DNA of 64,000 nucleotides from Octopus sinensis (taxonomy: Eukaryota). This document shows, piece by piece, positions 12,729 through 25,509 of this stretch. The stretch lies in the NCBI RefSeq assembly GCF_006345805.1, contig NC_043013.1:40238001-40302000 (forward strand), read 5' to 3'. Each line of letters starts with the position of its first letter. Position 1 is the first letter of the stretch. The notes under the pieces are model-generated. The model was not told the DNA's origin, made no database searches, and saw nothing but the letters and a program-made list of their open reading frames with translations. The position numbers and the translations under genes are program-made.

Positions 12729-12889
12729 CAGGCATAGCTGTGACGTTAAGTAACTCGATTTGCAACCACGAGGTTTCAGTTTCAGTCCCTCAGTGCGGCA
12801 CTTTGGGCAAGTGTCCTCCACTGTAGTCCCGGGCCGACCAATGCGTTGTGAGTGAATTTTGCTGATGGAAACTGTATGGAAGCCCGTCG
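12729..12889 (+). mobile_element. SINE family B, 5' (tRNA-like) half
   Basis: cactttgggcaagtgtcctccactgtagtcccgggccgacc...ggaaactg...gaagcccgtcg. Confidence 0.75.
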
Positions 12890-13129
12890 GATGAACACGC
12901 GCACGCACACACATTTTTCCCGAAAATAAGCCTTACCATGATTTTTCAAGATGCTTTTAATATAAGCCCGACCCTGAAATAAGACCTAGTCAATAATGCA
13001 TCAGCTTGTTAGCAAGACCATGTGATGTTTGCAAAATAAATCAACTACCAAAGCTTGGCGAAAGCCTGCGCTAAGCGCGCTTGCACGGAGTTGACTCCCT
13101 TGGTTTGACTCCCTTGTTCACCAGGCAAG

Positions 13130-14425
13130 ATGAGTGCAAAAAGAAAGAGTTATTCCGTGGAGTACAGGAAAGGAATTGTGGAAAAGTCATATAACAAGAA
13201 CCTTACGTCATTCTGTAAGGAGATGTTGGATCTCCGAATGGTTCGAAATGGCGAGCAGAGTACGATAATCTCAGTAGACAGGGGGATGAGGGAAGTGCTA
13301 AGAAGCGCAAATGCAGATCAGGTCGACAACCGTTATTTTCGGAGCTGGAAGATATCACCTCGGGATGGATTGCTGACAGAAGAACAAAGGCTTTGGTTGT
13401 ACGCAGGGTTGATATTCAAGAATTTGCTCTTGCAATGGCACCACAGTTGGATATACCCCCAGAAATATTCAAAGCTTCACCTCATTGGTTGGATAACTTC
13501 TTTCAGCGATATGAGCTCTCTCTAAGAAGATCGACAACTCTGTTCAAGCGGGGGGATGCTGAAGTGATTCAACGTGCACTTGCATTCAAGTCTTTCGTTG
13601 ATGGCATCGACTTTTCTAAATACAGTCTCTCCAACATAATTGCTATGGATGAGACTGCAGTATTTACGGGCCAAGGATCTAAAACGACAATTGAACAGAC
13701 AAGTACCTCGTCAATCTACGCTTCCCCAGCGGGTTACGAAAGTGCAAGTGTGACTTGTATTTTAGCAATTCATCTTGATCGAACAGAAGTCCCACCGTTT
13801 ATCATCATAAAGGGCTAAAAAAGAGAAAACAGAACGAATTTCAGACATTTATGTCCTTGAGACGGAAAAGGCTTCGCGCACACAAGCTGCTATAAGAAAA
13901 TGGGTTGATTTAACTATGTCACTTGTTTTACGTATTTCTCAAAGAAGTCTTTAAGTCTGGGATTCGGCCAGTACTCATCGCGCAAAAGATGTGAAAACCT
14001 TCCTTTCTGAAAGAAGAATAGACCACATAATGATTCCTGCGGGAATGACTTCATATCTACAAACATTAGATCTTGTAATAAACGAGCCGTTCAAGGATTA
14101 TTTGTGGATAGAAGTGAATGAATATATCGAACATAGAACGGAGAGAAATCAGGGCGGAAACTTTGTCAAACTAACCTCCAAGCAGTCGTGAACTGGGTGA
14201 AGAATTCATGGAATAAAATTACCGACAGTTGCGTTGCCAATGCACTACGAGCAGGGTACGTGGACAAAAAGGGTTCATTTAAGGAAAGTTATATTGCCAA
14301 ACATGAGAGACGGGGTCCCATGATTCTATAGGAAATGGATTTGCAAGAAATTCAGTCTGAAGTTCGGGGTTTGATGATTTATAACGATGTTCCAGAAGAG
14401 GACGGAATGTTTGTACTTGACTAAA
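13130..14425 (+). pseudogene. pogo/Tigger transposase (CENP-B-type HTH + DDE), frameshifted
   Basis: MSAKRKSYSVEY N-terminal HTH; VVRRVDIQEFAL..FKASPHWLDNFFQRYELSLRRSTT; IAMDETAVF; WDSASTH; QTLDLVINEPFKDYL. Split across several ORFs. Confidence 0.9.
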
Positions 14426-14523
14426 AACAAGAAGCAAATAAGTAAACTTTTGATAACTAAAAAAAAAATAGGAGAAAGACTCCCCTATTTTCTCCCAATT
14501 TGTTTATTTTGTAATTTTTTCCC

Positions 14524-14938
14524 CCAAAACCCCCGTTTTCGGATACGGAGTTTGCGGAAAATTGCCAAAAATCGGCATTGTGAAATTTCCCCCCAACTTC
14601 TTCGATTTTGACTTTTTCCATAACCCTAAAACCCTAACCATAAAACCTTAACCCTAACCGTAAGTACAGAAATGTTTTGAAATGTTTATCCGAATCGTGA
14701 TGTCCGTATTTTTCCGCAGATTTAGAAAAAAAAATTCTTTAAAAAAACATTTTCTAAAATGTTTGAAAAATTTTTTTCAGAATCATAATATCCGTATTTT
14801 TCCGCATATTTTGAAAAAATAAAATTGTGAAAAAAGTTTAAAATGAAGGAAACGGGGGTGGGGGTGTTAATTTAGAAATGTAGATTTTTGCCAATTATTT
14901 TGCAGATTCGTTTTTCCCGTAGCCGAAAAGGGGGTTTG
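14524..14938. mobile_element. MITE-like insertion in the Tigger 3' region, with AACCCT-type repeats
   Basis: Imperfect ~50-bp inverted ends (caaaacccccgttttcggatacgg..aattgccaaaaatc / gatttttgccaatt..ccgtagccgaaaagggggtttg); taaccct repeats at about 14621-14660; duplicated tccgtatttttccgca at 14703 and 14791. Confidence 0.55.
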
Positions 14939-15388
14939 TGTCTAAAAAAAATTTTTTAAGGTTGGTTTGGGGGTGGGTGGAAGTCTTGCCAAAATGGGTT
15001 CCATTTTTACAATTTTTTTCTTTTACACGAGGACATGAGACTTTTTTGTCTTTCTTTTTTCTGCAAAAATATAAGACGTCTTCCGAAAATAAGCCCAAAT
15101 GCGTTTTTTGGATGCAAAATTAATATAAGATCAGGTCTTATTTTCAGGGAAACATGGTATATATGCATCTATATACATAAATGCCAGGTGAAAAAAATAG
15201 TACCCGAATACCGAAGGTTGAGTAAGATGCTTTTACTAAAGCCGAAAAGAAAACCCCTTCATAAACTGTTATTCAGAGTTTCATGCTACCGTTCGTCGGA
15301 CAGTTGTGATCACAACGCTCTGACGAACGGAAACCATGAGTAACGGTTTGTGAAGATTATATATATATGTGTGTGTGTGTATACATAT

Positions 15389-15396
<8 letters not shown>

Positions 15397-15462
<66 letters not shown>
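15397..15462. repeat. (TA)n microsatellite
   Basis: Long pure TA run; similar runs at 1829-1858, 19208-19248 and 25435-25504. Confidence 0.95.
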
Positions 15463-15471
<9 letters not shown>

Positions 15472-16799
15472 AACATATATGGCTTGTTTTCGTCCTCGTA
15501 ATATAGTGGTTCGTCAAAGACCTAGAAAATAATTATCAGACTTAAAAATAAATACCGTGGTCGACTTGTACGACTAAATCCTTTAAGCAAGTGCCCCTGT
15601 ATGGCCAAAGTTCAATGAATGAAACAAATAAAAGAAAAAAGATAACGCCAGAAATTAAAAAATGGGCATAAATACTCCCTTACATTCATTAGCAGTGTTA
15701 TTCAAAAGCTCTGTGATGAACTTGGGTGTTTAGAAGTGATTTATCCAGAACAATAGGACAGTAGGACTGCCGTTATACCCATCACCAACTCTCTGGATGA
15801 CTCAAAAGCCAGTTTATAATTACGTTAGTGATGAGGTGGTATTATAAAGGACTCTCATCCTGTATTCATGAGTGACTCTTAATAGCTAGTGCTTAGCTCA
15901 AGTTTCAAAGATTAACCGGATGAGATATGAATCTTTCTGGTCAACTGCTTATTTCTGACAATCACAATGTTCATATATATATACATATATATATATATAT
16001 AGCCAAACCTCTGCAAGTAACCGGTGAATTTATTTCAATATATGAAACGATCAATTGCATATCATTTTAACAAAATCCCCGACTAATGCTCTCGGTATTT
16101 TAACTATCTTAGCGATCAAAACTCAATTGGGCTGGTCCCTTTGGTTTTCAACCTAGAAATGAAATAATTTATCAACATTATAAGAGGCGTTACGGTAATT
16201 AAGAATCGAAATTAATGTAACCAGAGTCTTAATCTTAACGAACTTATTTGAGAAAAAGTTATCGTCGTTGCTAAGATTCACAAACACCTTCCGATTGCTT
16301 TGTGGTTGTTTAGCTTCTGGTCAATCCTTATCGAGCAGAGCTAGAACCCAAGACATAATTCCTGTCTCTATCGTCTAGGGTCTTTTTTTTTTTTAGGCGG
16401 AGAGGAATATCTGGGGTTACATTATCTAATATGGGCTTCTTTTTAAACAATCATGGTATAATTTGATGGAAATTTAGCTGCTATTTCTCGTAGGTCCATC
16501 AAGCGTCGATGTAAAAAAAAAAAGAGAAAAAAAAAAAAAACTATTTGCACGATACAAAGCCTTAAATTTAATAAAGGTGGTGAAAAGTGTTTTTCCTAAT
16601 TTCTTATTAACGTAAATGAAGTGAAATCACTACAGTCAAGAATAGAACTAAAAGAAAGAAAGAAAGAAACAGAGCTTTGGATATTTAAATTCATTTCATT
16701 AAAAGACAAACTCGACAGAGGACGCGGGTATTAATAAATAAATAAATAAATGAAAAAAGGTGTCATTATCTGAATTATATCCCCTTGCTTATCGGCTGA

Positions 16800-16914
16800 A
16801 GCGTCGAATGACAGAGCCAGCAGAGGGCAGTGCTATACTAAACCGGAAAGTTACATTCCCCCTCCCCCGTCGACACTATCACAACAAAAAGGACGATAAA
16901 CATTCAACGTCGAC
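16800..16914 (+). promoter_or_regulatory. Putative promoter/5'UTR of the RRM gene, with CTCF-like and ETS-like motifs
   Basis: CCAGCAGAGGGCAG (16817-16830) fits CCASYAGRKGGCRS; CCGGAA at 16843-16848; locally CpG-rich; directly upstream of gacATGGCG. Confidence 0.55.
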
Positions 16915-16926
16915 ATGGCGAAAACG
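16915..16926 (+). CDS. Probable first coding exon (MAKT) of the Nop6-like RRM protein
   Basis: ATG GCG AAA ACG followed by donor G|GTGAG; phase 0 matches the phase-0 start of exon 38312. The link across the 21-kb intron is inferred. Confidence 0.5.
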
Positions 16927-19204
16927 GTGAGCTTCTCTTTAATCCTTTTTACATACAGGTATATGTATATATACATACACCCGTGCTTCTATGTGGATAC
17001 CTGTATATAAGTATATATATCTGGCTACATACAGGTTTCTATACAGACGTGCTTTGGCCTGTTTTTAGCCATCACCGTGAGAGCAATCTTGCTTTTTTTA
17101 CTACATGCACCATATACATACACATGCTCTTAGTAACTGCTTTCTATATACGTGTACGAAATGTACACATGCGTATGAATGTATATATATATATATTACA
17201 TACACACATACTGAGAAAGAATTACTTTGTATTTGTGTTTATTTAGGACGATTGTCTTTTTAAATGTGCTCTTCTAAGAATTAGTTTAGCATCTTGACTC
17301 TTCCAAAACCAGTCACGTTTCTTTCATGGACAACTTCAAGTCTTCCGTGTTGATATTTTCGCCGTTAAAATTTTGCACATACGCACCACGTACACAAATA
17401 TATATATATATTTTCTGTTTTTATTACCTGAGGGATGGCACATTATTTGAGATACTCTGAGTAGCGACGCTGCGAATCACCAGCCTCAAACGAAAGAAGG
17501 GAAACTATCGACTAAGCGTGTGGTGTCTGTTAAATAATATACGTGTATATAATTATGCTGTGTGTATAAAAACGCGATCGTATTAAGAAAGCATTTGAAT
17601 GGTTTAAGGAATTTTGTCATAACGAAATATCAGTGTGTGTATGAGAGAGAGAGAGAGTATATTATATATATATACCGTCTCTAAATAACATATACCCTCT
17701 CCCTTGTATATACATGTATGTGTTTGTGTAATATAGATATGAGAGAGAAAGAGATTTTTTTTTATTTTTTAAATTGTAAAATAATCAAATTCATTCTGGG
17801 AGACCTCATATTATCCTAGTCATTCTGGTGTTTGTTATTGACTGCTTATATAAAATTCTAGTTTCGGATGGTAAGTGGAGTGTTTTCATATAAACAATGG
17901 TGTTGTAGATTATTAGTATAAGGAATCTAAGAGATTGGCTGGAATACTTTTTGGTTTTCTCTATAGTTGTTTAGTCCCAGTTCTGTGCTGATTGAAACCG
18001 AAAAACGTCTAGAACCAAAGCTCTCCAGCTGCAACTATCCCATCTTTTTTTTTTTCGGGCATGTATCGTGCTCTTTCCGTGCTTTAGTTTTAAGACATTG
18101 GGGGCACATTTTCATGATTTGGCTGTTTCTAGTAGCGTGAAGTAACCAGAGTTGGTCGTTGTAGCGTTCGGTCTCAGTCCAGCTCTGATTCGGCTGGCCT
18201 ATTGTCAAAGGCACACCAGCCTTGACCATCTCGTCTTTTATTCAGGCAGCGTATCTAGAGCTACATTATCCAGTGTGTCTTAAAAGAAAAGGAGAAGTGT
18301 ATAATGTGATTCGAAGATTTTGCTGCTTTTTGTACCAGGTCGAACGCCCACCTTCGGCTTTTCTTATCAGTCCTATCAAGTCGCTTTATGCAAACATGTG
18401 CTCTGGGTTTTACTTCCTATCCGAATTTTTTTTCGTGCTAGGTCGATATATATGCACCAATTTCTGTGTGTCTGTGTGTACATATATATATATACATACA
18501 CACACACGTGATGAATGCGTTCGTCTCTAAAATTATATCCATTGTCAAAATTTTTGTTTAAATTTCTGTTCCTTAAGCTCCTTTTTTGCTGTTTCTCTTC
18601 CCCACTGCCGACACTCCCTGGCTTTCTTACCCCCTGCCTTCTCACTTCTGTCTCTTCCTTTCTGTGTGTGTGTATGTGTGAACCATGTACTCGACACCAT
18701 AATCATCATTTAGTATGTGAATTAAGGGACAAGGAGAAAGGAGACTCAATTAACTGACTGACCGATCCAGCTTTCTTTGCAATTAATAACTTCTCTCGTA
18801 ATAATAAACTTAAATACCAGTGGGTAGGTGAACAGAACTCCTATTTGTAGCTAGAGGTGGGTGGGTGGGTGAGAAAAGGGAAAAGAAAACGTGATTTCGT
18901 GACGTTTAACGCTTTTGTCAAGACCTGTAGTGACAAGTGAACAAAAATATAAAAGCTGTACAGATCCCATTCTCACAGAAAATTGTCCCGGAGAAATGAA
19001 GCTTTCAGTTGTGATAATCAAATGACTATTTGGTGTTGTTTAGCCCCGGGTCAACGCTGATCGAGCTGACAGGCATGTGTGGTCAATAGCATTCCAACTC
19101 CGCTTTTTTTATGAGTATCTAGAACTGTAAAGAGTAGATGGTCTGATCTTGTGACTTGAAGGAGATTGACTGTTGTGTCTCTTTTCATGTTTTTTCTTTT
19201 TCTG

Positions 19205-19250
<46 letters not shown>

Positions 19251-20046
19251 AAAATTCTCATCATAGATGATAATGATTAGGTATATATTTAAAGGTATGC
19301 AGGATAAATATAGACAATAGGCTTTAGTGTTTGGTTGATTGCAGCGTTACCTTCAATCTGAGTCTGCGTTTTGATTTCGATTCCTAAGAACTGCCTAAGT
19401 TTACGTAGCTTAATAGATTTCCCTGTACAAGTTACAACTTCTAATCTCCTGGAGAAGAAAATAAATACGTATGTGTCTATATAGATATATTGAGCATCAT
19501 ACTTGTGTATATAAGAAATTATCACTTGTCCCTGTTCGTTGTATGTAACGTATATATTTCGATAGTTTACGTCGGTTTAAAAATTAAATTCGTTCAGAAC
19601 TTGTCAGCCATAATTAAATTTGTCTTGGAGAATAACTTGCATTTTTTATTGGAAGAATTCATATGTTCTTTCAGAATTAAGAAGAAAGAAATATTTTGCG
19701 ATGTTCACATTTATTATGCAGGTGATTTTTTACATTTTAAATATTGTAGTAACTGCAAAATAGAGAATCATTGTCTATTTTTGTAAACTTTTGAGTCCGA
19801 TAATGAATGACATGACGCTTGTAAGAGGCAAATATCAGAAATTGCTTCTTGGACTCAAATGTCTGCTCCAGTGTCTTTCGTTATTAAATTAATACTATTC
19901 GACATTATAGATATTAAATATTCACAGTAGATATTCTAGCTTGACCTGTTTGTCTGTTGGATTTAGTTATAATTTTTGCTTTCTGCTGTTATAGAACAAC
20001 ATGGTATTTTTCTTAAACGTAACCATATTTGTCTGTCTGTTTAGAC

Positions 20047-20369
20047 CAGGGTTTCTCAACCATTTTTTTAATATATGACCCTCCCCTACCGATTATTTTA
20101 TTATTCTGGTGGACTCCCGTAGCTATTTGATATTTAAAAACTAGTTTTATAGATACTTATTTCAAAATACCTATTTTGTTCAGCACGCATTCACTTGTGT
20201 GGGTTGAACTCTGTAAAACATTTGAGAAAGAAACCTAGCTGTTTCTTGCAATAAATACATTTATAGCAACCTTTTTTCATGGACCTTTTAAATAACACTG
20301 TGGACGAAATTTACTGTTTTGCTTGTGTGGACCTCCTGGTGTTATATGTACTCTGAGTGAGAACCACAG
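20047..20369. mobile_element. hAT-like MITE, decayed
   Basis: Ends cagggtttctcaacc / gtgagaaccacag; partial 8-bp flank match gtttagac / gttcagtt. Confidence 0.5.
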
Positions 20370-20805
20370 GTTCAGTTTTAGCAGATTCTTCCTTGAAAAA
20401 GATTTTTTTTTAAACCCCTTCTTGGCTTGACATTCGTAAATCTCCTTACAAATCCATTATAAAGTTCCATATATTCAGATCGTTATAAAATCATGTTATT
20501 TCTTTCTACAAAAAGCCTTAGATAGAATGGTAGAACGTCAGAGAAAAAAATGTTTTACAATATTTGTTCCTGCTCTTTACCTTCTTAGTTCAGTTCCCAT
20601 CGTGGTCAGCTTTGTTTTGCCTTTTATCCCTCCGGGCTCTATGAAGTAAATTACTTGGGTAGCTGGTATCGACGTAACACCCGTCCCCTAAAAGTTGCCG
20701 GCCTTGTACCTAAGCCAGAAAACATTGTATTATGTTTCTAAAATACCTACGTGTTTTTAGCCTGAAATGATCATGAATTTCGGCAAAACATTATTTTAAT
20801 TGTCA

Positions 20806-21149
20806 GGTTCCGGGTTCAGTCCCACTGCGTGGCACCTTGGGCAAGTGTCTTCTACTATAGCCTCGGGCCGACCAAAGCCTTGTGTGTGGATTTGGTAGAT
20901 GGAAACTGAAAGAAGCCCGTCGTATATATGTGTATATATATATATGTGTGTGTGTGTTTGTCCCCCTAGCATTGCTTGACAACCGATGCTGGTGTGTTTA
21001 TGTCCCCGTTACTTAGCGGTTCGGCAAAAGAGACCGATAGAATAAGTACTGGGCTTACAAAGAATAGGTCCCGGGGTCGAGTTGCTCGATTAAAGGCGGT
21101 GCTCCAGCATGGCCGCAGTCAAATGACTGAAACAAGTAAAAGAGTAAAG
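20806..21149 (+). mobile_element. SINE family B copy with CpGs intact
   Basis: ggttccgggttcagtcccactgcgtggcaccttgggcaagtg...ggccgcagtcaaatgactgaaacaagtaaaaga. Confidence 0.9.
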
Positions 21150-21609
21150 TAATTCACATACATCTCAACAGTGTGTTCTTTACAATAAATCTATTGCCAA
21201 TTTTTTTCCTTTCAAAACTATTCTTAATTATAGGCAAGTCGAGATAAAAAACCCTGAAATGTAATGTTATTTAAATTTTGTTCAGATATCACCATATACA
21301 GTGAATTATTAGCCAAAATGATAATGCCGATTGACATTCTAAAAAATGTTCATTATTATATTTATGGCAAAAATACCCCAATTTCAATTACAGTAATCCT
21401 CTTTAACTTTTGTAAAATGATTCGTCTCCGCTGTTATTATATGAACCATTTTGAATTGGAAACAAAATAATGACTTGCTTTGACTGATTTGGTTCATTCT
21501 TGCTGCTTCTGATACTTTTGGAAGAAGGAATATTTTAAACTTTTGTGTCTATAGTTTCTTTCCGGAAATCATTGCTTTCGTTATCACTGTACAGCGCTCT
21601 TATTTAAGT

Positions 21610-21968
21610 TTTTTGCTTCGGTCATTAGACTGCGGCCATGCTGGGGTACCCCCGTGAAGGGGTCTAATCGATCGAATCTTTTTAAGTCTGGTACTTACCT
21701 TATGGGTATTTATTGCCGAACCGCTATGTTATGGGGTCGTAAACAAACCGACACCGTTTGTCGAGCAGTGGTGGGAAACACAGACAAAAAATACGCGCTT
21801 GCATACACACTATGGGATTCCACACAGTTTCTGCCTACCAAATTCACTCATAAGGCATTGGTCGGCCCGGGACTCCATAGCAAAAGTCACTTGTTCAAAA
21901 TGCCGTGTAGTGGGACTGAAACCGAAACCATATGGTTGCAAAGCGAACTTATTAACCACACACCCATG
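21610..21968 (-). mobile_element. SINE family B copy
   Basis: gtcattagactgcggccatgctggg...gtagtgggactgaaaccgaaaccatatggttg. Confidence 0.8.
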
Positions 21969-22660
21969 TTGGAAATTGCAACATATGGTTTGGTCATCCA
22001 AACGTTATTCCTTGTAACCTTATCAACAAATGTGTAGACATTTGTGTGACCAAATGAAAATTTGGACATTTTGAACTCCAATGAATGTCCATTATACTAC
22101 AAATTAATTCGTTTTATGAGGACTATTTGTCTTTGTTCAACTAAAAATAAGTAGTTTCTATCAATTAAACAAACATTGCACTGTCAGTTACTATTTTATG
22201 AACGTATCTTGCTGGATTCAAACTAATAAAACTTATTGGGTGTAGTGTTAGGCGCAAGGTTTGGTATGCGACCCACCACTTTTGTTTGTTTACGGATGTA
22301 GTCAGTGTTATCCTTTAATTTTCCTCTGGGGTGGTGTTATTTAATGTGAATTATTGTTTGTATTGTTACTTTACAAAGTACCTGTTTTATAACTGTGGAA
22401 AGCAGTTTGCTGAGACGTTTTGCCATACATTTTACGGTGCACTCGCTTCCCAGTAGCTGAAACCCTGACCCTATGTAACTTAGACTAATTTTGTGAGGCA
22501 TTCATCTATAAGATTTTTTGGACAAAAGTAAAGAATACGTACATACGGTGTTTAGGGTTAGGATTTTTATTATGCCGAAAACGGGTTGTGTACGTATTTT
22601 TTACCTCCGCAGATTTTGTGTGCGTTGGAGTGTGGGAAAGGAAGTACGCCTTAAATTAAG

Positions 22661-22877
22661 AGGCAGGCGAGCTGGCAGAATCGTTAGCACGCCGGGCGAA
22701 ATGCGTAGCCGTATTTCGTCTGCCGTTACGTTCCGAGGTCGACTTTGCTTTTCGTCCTTTCGGGGTCGATAAATTAAGTACCAGTTACGCACTGGGGTCG
22801 ATGTAATCGCCTTAATACCTATGTCTGTCCTTGTTTGTCCTCTCTGTGTTTAGCTCCTTGTGGGCAGTAAAGAAATA
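22661..22877 (+). mobile_element. SINE family A, near full length, CpGs intact
   Basis: ggcgagctggcagaatcgttagcacgccgggcgaaatgcg...aagtaccagttacgcactggggtcg...gtaaagaaata. Confidence 0.9.
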
Positions 22878-24668
22878 TATAAGTTGTCAAATTAACTGTA
22901 TTAAACTTCTCCCTACGGGGGAATAAACGGGTTTGTCAACTTTCGCGGGATTTGAGCTGAAGAAACGCGAAGAAATAAAATATATATGGAATCAGTAATT
23001 GATGACCACAGAAAAGTCTCTTGTCGAAGTATAGTTATCTATATTGCTAATTGTCTTTAAAAGCATGCAGGTTGTGTCAATCATTCACGTTACGTAACTT
23101 TTGTTGACTATAAACATAATTTATAATGCTGTTTCATATATATTTTAAATCTTAATCAGTGTCACTGTCCTCTTTAAACGCACATATTAAATAATCTCGA
23201 AGCTTCTTGCTGATATACGCAGTCCTCTTAGACCAATTCACCCCCTCCCCAAGATCACTCGATCTGCTAAAAATAGTAGCAGTCATATCTACTCCAAACT
23301 TATACGCCACCGTCTTAAAAGTGAAAGAACATTGAATAATGTAGTCTGAAAAAATACCACGATTAAAATGCGATTAATTGTAAGTTCTGTTTGATCAGCT
23401 CGGATTTCTTGCCAAACAACATTTATCGAATCACAAACAGAGCTGCCAGCCCCTTTTTAATCCATACGTCTTGCTCCCAAATCCAACACTCTAACACACT
23501 TCTTACGCAACTCCCAGACGCATAAACATGCAGTGACAACGTCTATCACCCCATTGCTATCTGTTTCGCTCTGTCTTTTTTACACACAGAGAGAGAGAGA
23601 GCTAAAGTGTACTTGCACACTCCTAGAAACGCAAACATCTCCCCCCCCCCTCGCGCCCCGCGAAGCCAATTCATTCATATGTTGTCAGTCGTTACAAAAG
23701 CTTGCTCCCTTAAGGAAGGAAGGCGTCACTCATCATTTGGCCGTTCCATTTGTCTGTTGTGTCCACGCGCGTGTGTGTGTCTGTGTGTGTGTGTGTGTGT
23801 TTAGTGTCTCCTTTCTCGTAGGTTGTCCAACTGTTAGACGTGAAATCTTGTTTTCCACCACGTCTTCTACCTCACCACCATTATTTATAATGCGATATGA
23901 GGTAGCAAGGGAGACTCTTCACAATCACTTGACCTGCTAAACACATTTCCTCAAATGTTTTACCGACTTAAATAAAAACCCCAGATACATTAGGTTATGT
24001 AGTATTTTGATATAGCCACGACTGGAGCGTTTTTGGTCATAAATATGCTCAATTATAGTTGACCTGTGGCTAAACAACCACCCCGAATATTACAGTCACC
24101 ACTACCACCCTGGCACATGCTATTGTTTGTTAAGTCCCAGGTTCTGCAACTCAATATTTTTGCTATTATTGTCAACAAGATGACGTGCATTGTTTCTTAT
24201 TGTGCGATTTTGGTCTTTGTTTTGCTTCCTAGTTAAAAAGCCTTCACGACATGTTTGCTATTGTGAGACCATTGATGCTGAGTTGTAAGTAGTAAAACAC
24301 ACACACACAACACACAATTTTCTTTAAATAAATACAAATGCATGTACATACTGTATATGCTTTGCATAAGTGTGTGTGTTTGTGTATACACATTGTGTAT
24401 GTGTGCGTAATACAAATATAACAGTAAAACATTGCACAGAAGGACGACAAAGGAACACAGAAAAATCACACACGAGACGTTGCCATGTTCATCCCTCATC
24501 AGTCATCAGTCATGCATCCCAACCACATGGCTTCGGGTCCAGTCCCACTGCGTGGCAACTTGGACAAGTGTCTTTTTCTATAGCCTCAGATCGACCAAAG
24601 CCTTGTGAGTAAATTTGGTAGACGGAAACTGAAAGAAGCCTGTCGTGTGTGTGTGTGTGTGTGTGTGT

Positions 24669-24955
24669 GTAGCAGTATCGCCCGGCGTTGCTCGGGTTTG
24701 TAAGGGAAATAACTATATAAGCATTTTTAGAGAGTTACTTCCCTTATACAATAGCAAAAAATGGGAAAAAATGATGGTAATTTTTTTTTTAAATCGTAGA
24801 CTCATCGTAGACGCGCGCTAATACCCAGAAGGGCTCGATATGAATCATGACTATAAGATACCCGCTTTTGGTTAAACTGCACCGCAAAATGTGGGAGTAG
24901 TTAGGAATCTAAATCGTAGGAGACAGACACACAACTTCACTTTTATATATAAAGA
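24669..24955 (-). mobile_element. Short non-autonomous Helitron-like element
   Basis: Minus strand starts A|TCTTTATATATAAAAGTGAAGTTGTGTGTCTGTC and ends with hairpin cccgagcaacgccggg then cgatactgCTAC (CTAG-like). Confidence 0.65.
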
Positions 24956-24962
24956 TATATAT

Positions 24963-25378
24963 ATATAATGGTTGTATACTGTCAATCTAACAAGAACGTG
25001 ACAGTAGGGGGTACACCACCGTTATATAGCCCTAGGAGGCATCGAACGCCTCCTGACAGCTTCGACACATTTTATCCTGTGTCCTTAGATACACATACGA
25101 AGGGGAGACAAACACCCCCAACCGCCGGAACTGCATCTAGGGACACCGTGTTTCAGGATCATTGTCCTTCATCGGCCTAGAGTAGCAGACACCGGTGTCC
25201 CTAGATGCAGTTCCGGCGGTTGGGGGTGTTTGTCTCCCCTTCGTATGTGTATATAAGGACACAGGATAAAATATGTCGAAGCTGTCAGGAGGCGTTCGAT
25301 GCCTCCTAGGGCTATATAACGGTGGTGTACCCCCTACTGTCACGTTCTTGTTAGATTGACAGTATACAACCATTATAT
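24963..25378. repeat. 416-bp near-perfect palindrome (foldback/MITE)
   Basis: Arms 24963-25148 and 25193-25378 (186 bp, 2 mismatches) around a 44-bp spacer; the ORF track gives the same peptide on both strands. Confidence 0.95.
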
Positions 25379-25432
25379 CGCTCCACCACCGTACACCTCT
25401 CTACAAGAGATTTAGAAACTCAATATTTCTTA

Positions 25433-25509
<77 letters not shown>

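Larger units (their letters stand above)
12909..15157 (+). mobile_element. pogo/Tigger DNA transposon, near full length and inactive
   Basis: Imperfect termini catttttcccgaaaataag / tcttattttcagggaaacatgg+TA, with internal repeats of gaaaataag; encloses a transposase pseudogene. Confidence 0.85.

Noticed and set aside
14621-14660. Telomere-like TAACCC repeats
   Set aside because: Short, degenerate and internal to a MITE-like insert; not a telomere.
18035-18229. 64-aa minus-strand ORF with CPQC
   Set aside because: Cys/His spacing does not fit a canonical finger, there is no splice support, and it may be a retroelement scrap.
19675-19721. AG..GT-bounded candidate exon in intron 1
   Set aside because: Stop codon at the second position in the required phase.
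23822-23900. Candidate exon after a strong acceptor (tctcctttctcgtag)
   Set aside because: In-frame stop in phase 0 and a weak donor.
24968-25373. Twin ORFs MVVYCQSNKNV.. on opposite strands, seen as duplicated genes
   Set aside because: A by-product of the palindrome; short, with no domain or splice evidence.
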